A DNA stretch of 64,000 nt from Octopus vulgaris (taxonomy: Eukaryota): positions 106,392,001 through 106,456,000 of the forward strand of contig OX597816.1 in NCBI GenBank assembly GCA_951406725.2. The letters run 5' to 3'. How positions within the stretch are numbered: position 1 is the stretch's first letter; every line of letters starts with the position of its first letter. A program made the translations under genes and the position numbers. This document shows, piece by piece, positions 1 to 12,251 of the stretch. Under the pieces are notes generated by a model. It saw only the letters and a list, made by a program, of their open reading frames with translations. It had not been told where the DNA came from and did not search any database.

Positions 1-318
1 ATCTAAACTGGAAACAAGTACAAGGTTTGTAAACTTGAATCTTATTTCTCTTATTGAATAAATTATTTAAATACGCCATCTGCATGAAAAATATCAGTCG
101 AGTTAGTTTTAATATATTTGATGCAGGGAGCATTAAAAATGCTAACAAGAAATAATAATGCGGTGAAGAATAAACCATATTAGTTAGTGACTAATACTGT
201 TTTCGTGTTTTCGGCAAATGTGTGGGACAACTCCCGTCATATTTCTATATTATTCTGATCCCATCAACGAAATATTCTTGCCAAAGTATTGGTGGAAGAA
301 TCACTCGGTACATTTACT

Positions 319-683
319 GACGCGTGGCTGTAAGGTAAGACGTTTACTTCTCAACCACATGGTTCTAGGTTCAGTTTTCAGTCCCACTGTGTAGCACCTT
401 CGGCAAATGTCTTCAGCTTTAGACCTGCGTCGACCAAAACCATGAGTGGATTTGGTGGACGGAAACTAAAAGAAGTCTGTCGTGTGTGTATGTCCACCAC
501 CTCTTGACAACAGATGTTAGTTTCTTTATGTCCCCCGTAACTTAGAGGTTCGGTAAAAACGGATCAATCGAATAAGTATAAGACTTTAAAAAAGTAATCG
601 GTCGATTCATTCGACTAAAAAGGCAAATCTTCGAGCCGATGCCCACAGGCTGCACAGTCAAATGAATGAAACATGGAAAAGAT
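319..683 (+). mobile_element. tRNA-derived SINE, family A
   Basis: gtggctgtaaggtaag...gttcag..tcccactg...gagtggatttggtggacggaaact, as in the other family A copies. Confidence 0.8.
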
Positions 684-2955
684 TGGTATAAGAAAAAAGA
701 ATTGTTTAGAGAAAAAAGAATTATTCAGAGACGCCAAAGAAATTTTCATTTTTTTCAACAGAAAGGATTACTTTCATTGTTGCAAGATGTACGGGAGACA
801 ACTTCAAATATATTGGTTTCAAATATTGATACAAAGCCAGAAATTTCGGGGGAAGGGCCACGTCGATTAGACTCGCTGAGCGATATTGTTTTTCCCTCAG
901 GTCATAATTATTTCTACCTAGATCCTCGCATTAAATATGTCAACTAACCTAACTCTAGTTTACTTTGTTGTTTTATATTACTTATGCTAAATATATATCT
1001 TGCCATTTCATCGCTTTTTGCTGTTAACATCATTTTTTTCGTTTCTTTCCTTTTTATACTTCCTTTAATATAAAGACATGAATTTGAGACATGCGATTTT
1101 TAAAGAACCTAGTTTATGAGTGAAATTTAGACAATCTTTTATTATAAACTCACAAGAAAATGCAAACAGGAACCAGAGTAACAGAATTTAATATAAACAG
1201 AGTATCGTTAACTTTTCTAAAGAGATAAAACAATTATGTTTTTAAATATGTATATATATATTTTTAATGGTATTTAATATGTAATTATATAAGATATATT
1301 TTAACAAGGATATGTAGCAGATCATTCTTTTGGCTGTAGTGACTACTGATGTGATACGAAGCATCGCCAGAAACTATAGCACTCCAATAAACAATCTTGT
1401 TAGTGATAGGTTTAAACGTTTTAGGTGAAGATTACCTTATGAGCCTTCATATAAAATGAAACATTCAATATAAAAAGATATTAACTGGTAATGGTTCGTG
1501 TTGGCTCCGTCGCCCTGTTTAACGCCACCACATAGCACCTTGGGCATTGTGGAGTAAGTACATTGTTCAAAACATTCGAGCCAGGTCTCCGGTCAAACCA
1601 TATTTTCATTCCGTTCTCCTTCAAGTCACTCTTGGAGGCGCTGTAAAGGATCATGAACATTCCTTTCCTCATGACTATATATATATTTTTTTAATAGTAA
1701 TACAACTAAGTTCAGATGAATGAATGTTGTGAGTGAAGATAAGTTTAATACAGAACCCTTCATCGGAGAGAGATGAAATAGCAATCTCGTTATCCTACAA
1801 TATCTATAACCACTTCACCTGTCTCAGACCAAAATTCTGCTCCAAACGTAGGGAAAAAAATCTTCCCACTATTTGAATTCCTTAAATTTATTAGAACCAC
1901 CTTAGTTATATTATTATTATTTACTATTTTATCAAGTTAACTCCACTCAGATTTAATCTCAGAAATAGCATCAAATTAATAATGTAAAGAGTTGTTTCAT
2001 TTTCACCATGGCAGACAAGCCAAATAAAAACAAGTCAACAAAGATGCCTCTTCATGGTTGTTCGATGCGCTAGAAATAGCAGTCTAATCTTCTGAAATCA
2101 AACTTTTTTTTCTTTCCAAAAGCAATGAGATAACACATTAAATAATGGAGTCTTCGATATGTCCTTTAAAAAGATGGATCTCAAAAAGAATCATGAGTTA
2201 AAAGAAGTTCTTTGATGGTAGATTTGATAGACACTGACTTGAAAGTTAACAACACTAATAAGAAAAAGAGACAAAAAAGGAAATATTTTCGACAATTTAT
2301 ACAAAACTTTACAAGGATATCACTAACTATATACAGTAAGGAAATGGAATAGTTTTTAACCAGCTTACCTTACCTTACAGCCAAGTAAGCATTGAACATT
2401 CTGATCCATACTTTCAGTACTTTGCTTCTACAAAGTGATAGAAAATTTAAATCTTCTATATAAAAACTTAAGGTAGCTTCATATTTACCAGTTCTGGAAG
2501 TTCTTTTTCCCCTAAGATTGTCGCTTTATGCAATAGTAACAGAATAACAAGAATAATACTATACAATATACAAATAAGAAGAAAATTAGAAATGCATTTT
2601 TTTTTAACTATTCCAAAAAATATTTTAACAGTCTTTTTCCACTATGTCTGTTGCAATCCCCCCTCCATTTCCTTCATGTAGAATTCCCGACAATGCTTCA
2701 AGAAATAAAAATAAAACCATTTTATTTTTATCAATTTGCAAGGTTAGCAATATTATATCTACGTGTCTGTTATTCACAAAAGTTTGGCAACTACCATATA
2801 AAGATTAGTTGAATATATAAAATATGCTCTTATTTTTAGGTTGAACATTAGTATCCCACCAGAGATTATAACTAGTATTTCTAAGCATGACATTAAAAAT
2901 TTGTTATATCTAAGACTTCAAATCATATTAAAAATGAATTATGTTTTATTTTCAG

Positions 2956-5900
2956 CGAAATCCTTTCAAAAGCTGAAGCTGATACCAACCTATTTGACAC
3001 ACCCAGTATCTCAACTCTACAGGTAAGTACTGTTACTTTCTTACTGAGACCAAAAGAGCCAATTTTCTAAAAATTGGACAGTCAACTGTATTAACATCCA
3101 TATATTACTGTGGTTTATTATTTTATTAATTAGCTGTATAAATAATGAAGTTGCCCTAGTGAGATCTGAATTTGAAACTAGAAAAGTGAAACTAAATATT
3201 ATAATGGATTTGGATTGGTACTGCATTGTCTCAACTACCTCATGAAATATTGATATTTTTATATACTGTTTCACATACATATATCTGTATCTTGGCACAA
3301 TTCCCTGTCCAAAACCATCCTTCATGGCACAGTTGAGGGAGGGTGAAAGAGAGATAGGCAGAAAAATTCCTGGCCTGACATCAAGGATTGGACAGGACAC
3401 ATCACTGCAACTCTGCTATGCATGATAAAACAGAGATTAGTGGTAACAGCTGACTGAAAAAGCATTTAGAGTGGTATCCCAATTATTGGCTGCACCAGTT
3501 AAAGGAACTTGATGACTTCATATTTGAATGGGGTGGATAATATTTTTGTTGAAGTAATTGATTTAACAGCTGGATGTCCCTCTTACTGGTAATCTTTCAA
3601 CTTTGAAGTAAGAATGGAATCTGTTTTTGATTTCACTTATGCACACAATAGCAAGCAAAGTTAGGTGCCTGACTAAATGGCACAACATAATGTTAATAGT
3701 CCAATATGAATTCATAACCTTCTGGTCAATAATCCAGCAACTTAAACTTACAGTCATTGTGCATCATGTTTACATTCAATACACAAAAAGTGAGTTCTTG
3801 TGTAATTATTCTTTAATTCTAGGTCAGCTCTGATTCAGCATATGCCTATGAACAAAGATTTTTCAGCTATGATCATTTCGTCATTTATATAGAATTAATG
3901 TTAAAGAAAGAATGTCTAGGAGAGCAGTAACTCTGAAGGAAAGAATAGAGGAGATTCTATTCCTGTCATAGAGAGCCTTTCTAGTGCTAATAACACAATA
4001 AAATGCATCCAGTCCATGTTGTGAGGTGGTTGGTGATAGAAGGGTAAAATCCTATATAGAAATGCATATGTTTGTGTAAAGATGGAAAATAAATTGATTC
4101 AAGATTAATTGCAAATATGTCCAACCCATGCCAGCATGAAAAGCAGACATTAAATTATTATTATTATTATTAATTTCAGTGAAGTTATAACATTAATCTT
4201 TTATTTCTTCTTCTCTTAAATCAGACTCAAATATCTCCTAAAGCTGCTGAAGAATCTTCAAATGATCAAACTTTCAGAAAGTATTTCTTAGACATCTTAG
4301 TAAATATAACAAACAGGTATGTCAACCATTTTAAACATATAACCAAATACTATAGTAGCAGATGTGGACACAGTATAACTGAATAGTTCAGAAGCTTGCT
4401 TCTTAATAAAGAGATACTGGGTTCAATCCTACTGTATGGCATCTTGGGCAAGTGTCTTTTACTATAGCCTTGAGAGGGATATTGGATGAATGGAAACTGT
4501 GTAGAAGCCTATGCTTTGTCACACATCTCTTTCACAATGACTCTGACTGAGGATTATAATAAGAATACATGTGTTTGTGGAATACTCAGCCACTATATGC
4601 TACTTCAATAAGTAGCTTTTCCAGTTGATCAAGCAACTCAGTAGTGGTAATAGGGAATTCTGAGGGTCCATTCACAGTAAGGGTAGCAGAAATGGTAGAG
4701 TGTCTGATGTTTCCATTTGGGTTGATTACTCCTTTAGCACTCAAAATTACTCAGTCAAATGTAATACTAATTGATTCACATTGTTTTGAATTAATAATAT
4801 CATCTTGTAGCTTTGAGGTCAGATCTGGCTAGTTTAAGCATACAACAGTTAGAATATTTTGGCCAGACTGGCTGGTTTAAATGCTAAAGAGTTAAATACG
4901 TACCAACAATGTTCTGGAATTGATTTAGTCGACTACATTCCTGACAATGTGAGAAATCTATATTTTAATCAGTGTTGTTTATTTTTAATCAGTTAATTAA
5001 TTAATGAACCAGAGTAGGAATGACAACTGAAGAAGAGTTGGATACAGCAAGGTGTGGTTGCGTGGTAAGAAGGCTTGCTTCCCAACCACATGGTTCCAAG
5101 TTCAGTCCCACTGCGTATCACCATGGGCAAGTGCCTTTCACTATAGCTTTTGAGCTGATCAAAGCCATGTGAGTGGATTTGGTAGATGGAAATTGAAAGA
5201 AGCCTGTCATATATACATATATATGTGTGTGTATATTTGTGTCTGTGTTTGTCCCCCCACACACACACACACACTTGACAATCATTGTTGGTGTATCTAT
5301 ATCCCCCTAACTTAGCAGTTTGGCAAAAAAGACGGATAGAATATGTACCAGGCTTAAAAAAGAAATATAAATAAGTACTGGGGTTAATATATTTGACTAA
5401 AAATTCTTCAAGGCAGTGCCCCAGCATGGCCACAGTCTAATGGCTGGAACAAGTAAAAAATAGTATATAGAAATATATATGCAGCTTGATGGAGTAGAAG
5501 CTTTTCTATTATAAAATCAGTGGAAGAAGCAAATGGTAGTGAATTGGCAAAATAAGATCATCAAACAAAATACCTTGGCTTTTTTTTTGTCTGGCCCTTA
5601 ATATTCAAAATTCAAATTCTACCAAGCTCAACTTTGTCTTTCATCTTACCCAAGTTGATAGAATAACACACCAATATAAATGGATAGACTGGCAGAAACG
5701 TTAGAGCTTTACAAGATTTTTTTCTGTCTCTTTATGTTTTGAGTGCTTAAGCAGGTGAAGGGAACTTGTGTATGTGTAGCTGACAAGATGGTGTGTTTTT
5801 TTAAAGACTCTCAAAGACATGCATGAGGAAAAAAAAAAGCCATGTATTCTCCCATGAAAATCTCATGGCAAATACATAGGACTTGTCAAGGAAGTCAACA

Positions 5901-6520
5901 AGTGTTGTTTCGTGACCTACAGGCACAGGTATGGGAGAAGAGACAGTAATAATATACAGTAAGAAGATGCCAGGTGGCAAAGAGGGATAAAATATAAGGA
6001 AAAAAATCAAATATCTGATAGTATTTAGCTATATTACTTTACATTCTGAGTTCAAATCGCAGTGATCTACTTCACGTTTCTTCCTTCCACAACAGAACAC
6101 TTTAATACCTTACTAGTCATGTACATGGGATAGTTAAATCAACAATACTCTTCTCCCAATATGAATTAAATGTGAATTTTAAAAATCCATTGCTTTGTCA
6201 TTTATTGATTTATTTTATTCAAACAGTTTCAAATGGCGCAAGGAAATGCCTAGAACCATTTTGATCAGTATGTTGGCACTAATAGGAATGAGAAGCAACA
6301 AAAATATCAACAAACCACTCAACAGACAATTAACTTCGATTATGCCATCCATCTTCTAAAAGATGTGCTGACTTGTAAATCAAACGAACTGAAGACTTCT
6401 AGACCAACTGACAGTGATCCCAAAGGAAATTGAACACTTACTTAATAATCTACCAATCTAGATGAACTGCTTTTTGAAATCAAATACCTAAAATGGCTAT
6501 ATTTATTCTTTAATAAATGC
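2956..6520 (+). other. Candidate spliced transcript of unknown function (small orphan protein or lncRNA); exons 2956..3022, 4225..4316, 6227..~6520
   Basis: Splice sites are strong (ttttattttcag / CAG|gtaagt; tcttaaatcag / CAG|gtatgt; ttttattcaaacag). One frame stays open across all three exons to TAA at 6357-6359, and AATAAA follows at 6512. No start exon was resolved and no homology was recognised. Confidence 0.35.
5047..5460 (+). mobile_element. tRNA-derived SINE, family A
   Basis: Full head, internal (TA/TG)n and ...gaacaagtaaaa tail. Confidence 0.85.
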
Positions 6521-7644
6521 TTTAACTACTTTATAGTGCTAACATCCAACAATGGCGCACCAAAATACCTTGAGAGATACTCTTGCAATATATGTACATG
6601 CAAGAGTATAACATATAAAAACCGAAAGATAAAGAAAATAAAACCATATATATTTGCTTATATAAAACATGTTCACATACTCACACATATAACATGCATA
6701 ATATAAATGCACATACATGTATGTATATACATATTTGAAGAAATATATAATGTATGTGTTTCTTCACTTATGTATATATGCAGATGCAACATTATACATA
6801 CAGTACAATGTCATCTATTTATATGGTAACTAGGGAATATAAAATACAAACACACATCAAACATACATGCATGCTTTGTTTTCCAAGGTATTAAAGAATA
6901 CATATATGTATGTGTATATATATATATATATATATATACCAATTAAATCATATTTTCAACATTTTCTTGTTGCTGCATTGTTGTAAAAATTTGTGACTGA
7001 GGAAAAAAAATAAAAACATACATTATATATATACATATATATAAGGAAATAAAATTATTATTTGAATAAAAAGTCTTCAGCTTCTTTTTCTATTGTTAAT
7101 CAGCTTTAAAAACAAATCATCGTCATTATCATCATTGTTTGTTGTCCATTTTCCTTGCTGGCATGGAAAAAATTGTTTCCCATCTCACTATAAGACTTGT
7201 TTAGCTCCGAGTCAGCCCTAGTTGAGCAGACTTACAATCAAAGGTGTTCCATCCATTTTTTTCTATCTCTACATGTAAAGTAACATCTGCATATGATATG
7301 AGACTTTGTTTTAAACATGAAGAAAATACATGAAAAAGGTAAATACTACCAATATACTCCAAACAAATTAATGGATAAATGCTACAATAATACTCAAAAA
7401 GAGTGAATGTTAAGATATGGGGATGAATATGGTATCCAGTCTGTTAGTAGAGATGGTATCTAGGTTGACAGTTCATACCTAGTTTGCTACTGTGGCACCG
7501 GTGAGACAGCTGGTAACACAGCCATTTTGCACTACATCAACTGGTTTCATGAAGAGAACTGGTAACACCTGAGTTGCATGTCCAACAACTACTACCACCG
7601 AAAACAACAATGTCAGTTGGTAAAGACTACCAACAGCAACTGGC

Positions 7645-8128
7645 ATGGAGGTACAATGGACCAGTGGTTAGGGCAGCAGACTCGCAATCGTAAGAACGCA
7701 GTTTCGATTTCCAAACCGGGCATTGTGAGTGTTTATTGAGCAAAAACACCTAAGCTCCACGAGGCCGGGGTGAACCCTGCTGTACTCATTCATCACAACT
7801 TTCTCTCACTCTTTCTTCCTATTTCTGCCACAAAGCAGAGGAACCATAGTGTAACCCACTATGGTGTGGTAAACTTTCAGACCATAGTCTAGATTGCGAA
7901 TCCTCTGTACCCCAGGATGGTTCAGCTCTCCACCTGTTAAAAGCCACCGTTTACGGAATGAGGCTAACAACGTAGCTTTCGCGCCCATGCAACCACCAGT
8001 CCATCGCGTGTGGTGAGTGGATCTTCAAGTTGCCACACACATTCTTAGTAGCTTAGCTTAGAGTAGGCTCGAACTAGAGATTATTCTTTGTGGCTAATGG
8101 CGTGAGTCCTGATTGGAAGAAGAAGAAG
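7645..8128 (+). mobile_element. tRNA-headed SINE with an atypical 3' half and (GAA)n tail
   Basis: A/B-box-like head (tggaccagtggttagggc...gtttcgatttcc) and a 12-bp TSD, ACAGCAACTGGC, at 7633-7644 and 8129-8140. Confidence 0.8.
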
Positions 8129-8197
8129 ACAGCAACTGGCTGGCAATGCTTGTTAAATTGACATTTGTTAGGTTCATAAATTGGTTGAAAAAGATAA

Positions 8198-8401
8198 CCC
8201 TTTAGCATTTAATGTGGCCCAAATATTCTACCCATTTTATGTTTAAACTGGCCAGATCTGGCCTCTCACACGTTCCCTACAATGTCATTCTAAAAATAAA
8301 CAATCACATCATAAAATTTCAAAGCTATGAGATAACACATAATTCAAAACATTGTGAATAAATAATATTAAATTTGACAGAGTAATCTGGATACTAAAGG
8401 C
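8198..8401. mobile_element. piggyBac-like MITE (further copies at 4730-4891 and ~27400-27621)
   Basis: Ends are CCCTTTAGCA...TRCTAAAGRS followed by TTAA, and the three copies share interior sequence. Confidence 0.7.
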
Positions 8402-8715
8402 TTAATGATGTAGGATTGTTTTGGCATCTGAGTAAATGATCCACACGGTACACCAGTTAATTGATCTATAAGGAAAAAAAATGGGATGCAAACTACCTGT
8501 TATTTCCATGGAAACAGCTACTACTGCTGTTGTGGAGTAGGTGCACCACTGACTGATGCCAATTGCTCTGGAAGTATATTCAGCTGTTGAGAAAAGAATG
8601 TGAATTTACCATTCACATCACTAGTACACCACAAATATACTAATATATTTGCTACAATTTTTTTTTTTTTTTTTTTTGAAGAATAATGTATGTCCTCAGA
8701 AAGAAGTTTCTATCA

Positions 8716-10145
8716 CCTCATATTAATTCACAAGCACTTCCCAATCACGTGATTTTGAGTTCAGTCCCACAGTGCAGCATCTTCAACAAGTGTCTTCTAC
8801 AATAGCTCTGAGCTACCCAATGAGTGAATATGATAGATGGAGACTGAAATAAGCCTGTTGTGTGTGTGTGTGTGTGTGTGCGCATATCAGCATGTTTGTT
8901 TACATTTACACTTTTCCGAAAACCACTGAACCACAAGTGGAAATGTTGTGGTCATTTTCCTCTGTCAACATATATTTCATACCTTTAAAGACATGCAGAA
9001 TAAGTAGTCCATGACTTGAAAGACAGGTAAGAGACAGCAACAAGAAGAGCATCAGCTTGTAAAAACAATGTCTTGATAATATATTTCTCTAGCCCACGTT
9101 GGTATGAAAAAATAGACATAAAACAAAGCTTATTCCTATTTTCTAGAGTAACTGGAGATGAGTTTGGTCCAGTAGATGTGTAGTGTTAAGTTAGAGTAGA
9201 GACTGAAAACGAGTTGAGAAAGCAAAATTGTGAAAGCATTTATTTTATAAATAGAACTGACTACTTTGTGAAAGGATGATGAATTGTGATGGTGGAAAAG
9301 CATGATGTTATTAATTAGCACTAGGACAGTTAAAGCAAACCAGTGATCAAAAGATATCTGATTCATGATCATCCTATCATTGTGCACTCCAAGACTACAT
9401 TATTCAATGTCCTCCTTTTTTTTTTAAATGACAGGATGTGATATAAAGATTTGGTTTTATTTCTCATAGGTGAAGGTCCACAAAATTCCTTTTTGTGACA
9501 AAATTATAACCAGATGAGGTTTGGGAAGAAATACGTAAATAACATCTGAGAACACTAGGTGCTACCAATGAAATGAAACAGAATCCAGGAGACATAGCTA
9601 CTACATTATAGACCCATGTCAGCAGAGAAAAAAAAATGTTCTTCTTCTTCTTGTGGTACTGATTATATTTCTTACAATACTGCTCTACCCACCCTTCTGG
9701 TTTTTAGAAAATACAAAATACTGAAAATTTATTTTGCTTTTGTTTATATTTTTCTTTTAATTCCTAGCTACATGGTTTCATTTTCAGTCCCACTGCAATG
9801 CACCTTTGGCAAATTTTACTATAGCCCTGGGGTGATCAAAACCTTGTGGGTGGATTTGATACGCAGAAACTGAAAGAAATTTATAGTATTTATAGATGTG
9901 TGTGTATTTGTGTACATCCTTTTCTTAGTATCACAAGATGACTATAAGCAGGCATCATTTAAACATACAAGTGATATTCATTTCCAGTCTTCTTAGGAAA
10001 ACATGTCTGACTATAGAAAGGGATTGCCTGGAAACAGTTGGGGTTAATGACAGCAAGGGATTTGATTGTTGAAAATATATCTGAACAAAGTCCATCTGAC
10101 CCATACAATCATAGAAAAGTGGTCATTAAATGATGACAATGATGA
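8716..10145 (+). mobile_element. Two degenerate family A-head SINEs with RTE-type tails (~8716-9125, ~9760-10145)
   Basis: ttcagtcccac heads and degenerate GGAAGGGCATCC...catggaaaa..gacattaaa tails. Boundaries are approximate. Confidence 0.65.
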
Positions 10146-10525
10146 TATCTAGATATTCAGAAGAATTCAACACATGCATCATTCCTAAAACTGCATCTCA
10201 AAAGCTTAACTCCTTCTTCGGTTGCTGAGCTACAAAACAATAATTTCTCTCCACATCAGAGTATTATTCATGTATCTGAAAAGGTGGTGATACTACACAT
10301 ACAAACAGCCTAAACTGAAAAAAATAGTCAACCATCTAAATGGCAAATACTCAGTAGCAAATTACAACAAACTAACACACTAATCATTATGTCTTCTCTG
10401 TTTCATTTATTAATACTACACTGATTCCTGCTTTTATGAACTATCAAGCTATGAGCCACCCTCATCAAACTGTACACAATGCACCTATCTGTCCTCATCT
10501 CACTTTCTTAAACCATACACTAAAC

Positions 10526-10844
10526 CAGTGATTCTCAACCATTTTTTACCTATGGACCCCTTTGATTACTATTTTATTCTGGTGGACTTCATAGCCATTC
10601 AATGTTTAAAAACTAGTTTTATTGATACTTCTTTCAAAATTCCTGTTTTGTTATTCATTCATTAACTTGCATAGGTTGAACTATGTAAAATGTTAGAGGA
10701 AGAAACCTAGCTGTTTCTTGCAATAAATATATCTAAAGCAGAATTTTTCATGGACATTCAAAATACTACTATGGATCCCCAATCTACTATTTTGCTTATG
10801 CGAACCCCATAAAATCTTATATGGACCCTGGTTGAGAACCACTA
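10526..10844. mobile_element. hAT (Charlie/Buster-like) MITE
   Basis: TIRs CAGTGATTCTCAACC / GGTTGAGAACCACTA with a perfect 8-bp TSD, CACTAAAC. Confidence 0.9.
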
Positions 10845-11447
10845 CACTAAACACTTTAATAAATACTTCCTTTTCCTTTTCTGTAATTCTTCAGAACTCC
10901 ACTCTGATGGCTATATTTTTCCTGCAGACAGAAGTTCAAGTTGAACATCAATTGCATTGCAATCACTAGTCTGGGATAACATGCAAAGGTCATAGATGCA
11001 ACACCACCTACTCATTTAAAGACTAAATTTAAAATATAAGTGAAAGAATCAGATATAAAAATAATTTCTTTAATACAATCATTCATACATACATATGTAT
11101 ATATATATTTAAGGATAATATAGCACAAGGATGAAGGATAACAGGCTTTAACAGGAGATCCAACATTTGTTTCTGCATTGGACACCAGCTTTAAGTTGCT
11201 GAGTTTATATTCAAAGACTATTATAGAAGAACTTTCATAAGGACAGTACAGAAACAAATGTTGTAATCTATTAAAGACTGTTATCCTCCATATTCATGTT
11301 ATATTATCCTTGTATTAATCTTATGCAAAGTAGAGTTCCACATACGTATCTAGCCCTGGAATATACCACACAGTAGGATATCATTTGTTAGTCAAATAAC
11401 AGCATAAGAGATCCTATATGCACGTCATGAAATTTTCGCCCAAGTTA

Positions 11448-11492
<45 letters not shown>

Positions 11493-11552
11493 ATGTATAT
11501 ATGTACAGACAATTTCCTGATAGAAAACAGAAGATTGAAATTCAATATACAA

Positions 11553-11923
11553 TCAATTAGTTACTTTACGTTGATTACGTCTAGATATTTTCTTTTGTTT
11601 GTCTTCAAGATACCTTTCAATTTTAGAGGGATCATCCTCCAGATATGGCCGCAAAGGATAATTTGGTTCCTTCGGTTGATTCATAAAGAACTTAATAAGT
11701 TGCTTTAAAACATTGTCATTGAAATTCTGGATCTGACCATCTTTGAGCTCATAAAGATTTTCTTCTTCAGTGTGCCAACAGATGTTCTTCAGGTTGTTGC
11801 CATCGTCATCCTTCCACATCTCCAGTGTGTTAAGTTGGTAAGCAAAAAATGAGAACTTCTGTCCATCAGTGATCACTGTCTGAGTGGTAAGTGGATAAGT
11901 TAGCTCTACAAATGAGCTAAAAC
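11553..11923 (-). CDS. MRPS30: MRPS30 exon 4 (GFSSFVELTYPLTTQTVITDG...RKVTN*)
   Basis: Lies within ORF 11553..11963. Acceptor is tttcttacag. Carries the conserved ITDG..FSFF.YQLNTL block. Confidence 0.9.
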
Positions 11924-12219
11924 CTGTAAGAAACAGGAAAAAATATAGTGTTAGAACATTCACAACGTACCTAAGATAAAACCTTTACGATTATTTTATT
12001 TTGATTTCTATCACTAGACTTCAGCCATTCAGGGGTACTGATGACTGCAAAGGTTTTTAGTCAATTATATCGATCCTACTACATTGTCAAGTGTAGAACT
12101 TATTTTATCAATCTTATAATGTACAAAGAGTAAAGAAGTTAGCCTATGTTTAAACATAACCGAATATTACAAAGTACTGTTTAATGCATCTAATCTGCCT
12201 GTTTTCATTCTTTTTTCTC

Positions 12220-12251
<32 letters not shown>

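Noticed and set aside
666-1672. ORFs 666..947 (+) and 1481..1672 (-)
   Set aside because: The first overlaps SINE sequence at both ends. Neither has recognisable homology or splice support.
2381-2384. 4-nt microexon-like site (ccttacag CCAA gtaagc)
   Set aside because: It cannot be tied to a supported reading frame and is plausibly chance.
7651-7720. tRNA gene (also other SINE heads)
   Set aside because: Only A/B-box remnants are present, with no full cloverleaf, and they continue into SINE bodies.
7828-8128. HDV-like or hammerhead ribozyme in the chimeric SINE (TCCTC, GGCTAA and CGAAA motifs)
   Set aside because: I could not build P1/P2/P3 pairings or a CUGANGA-GAAA core by hand.
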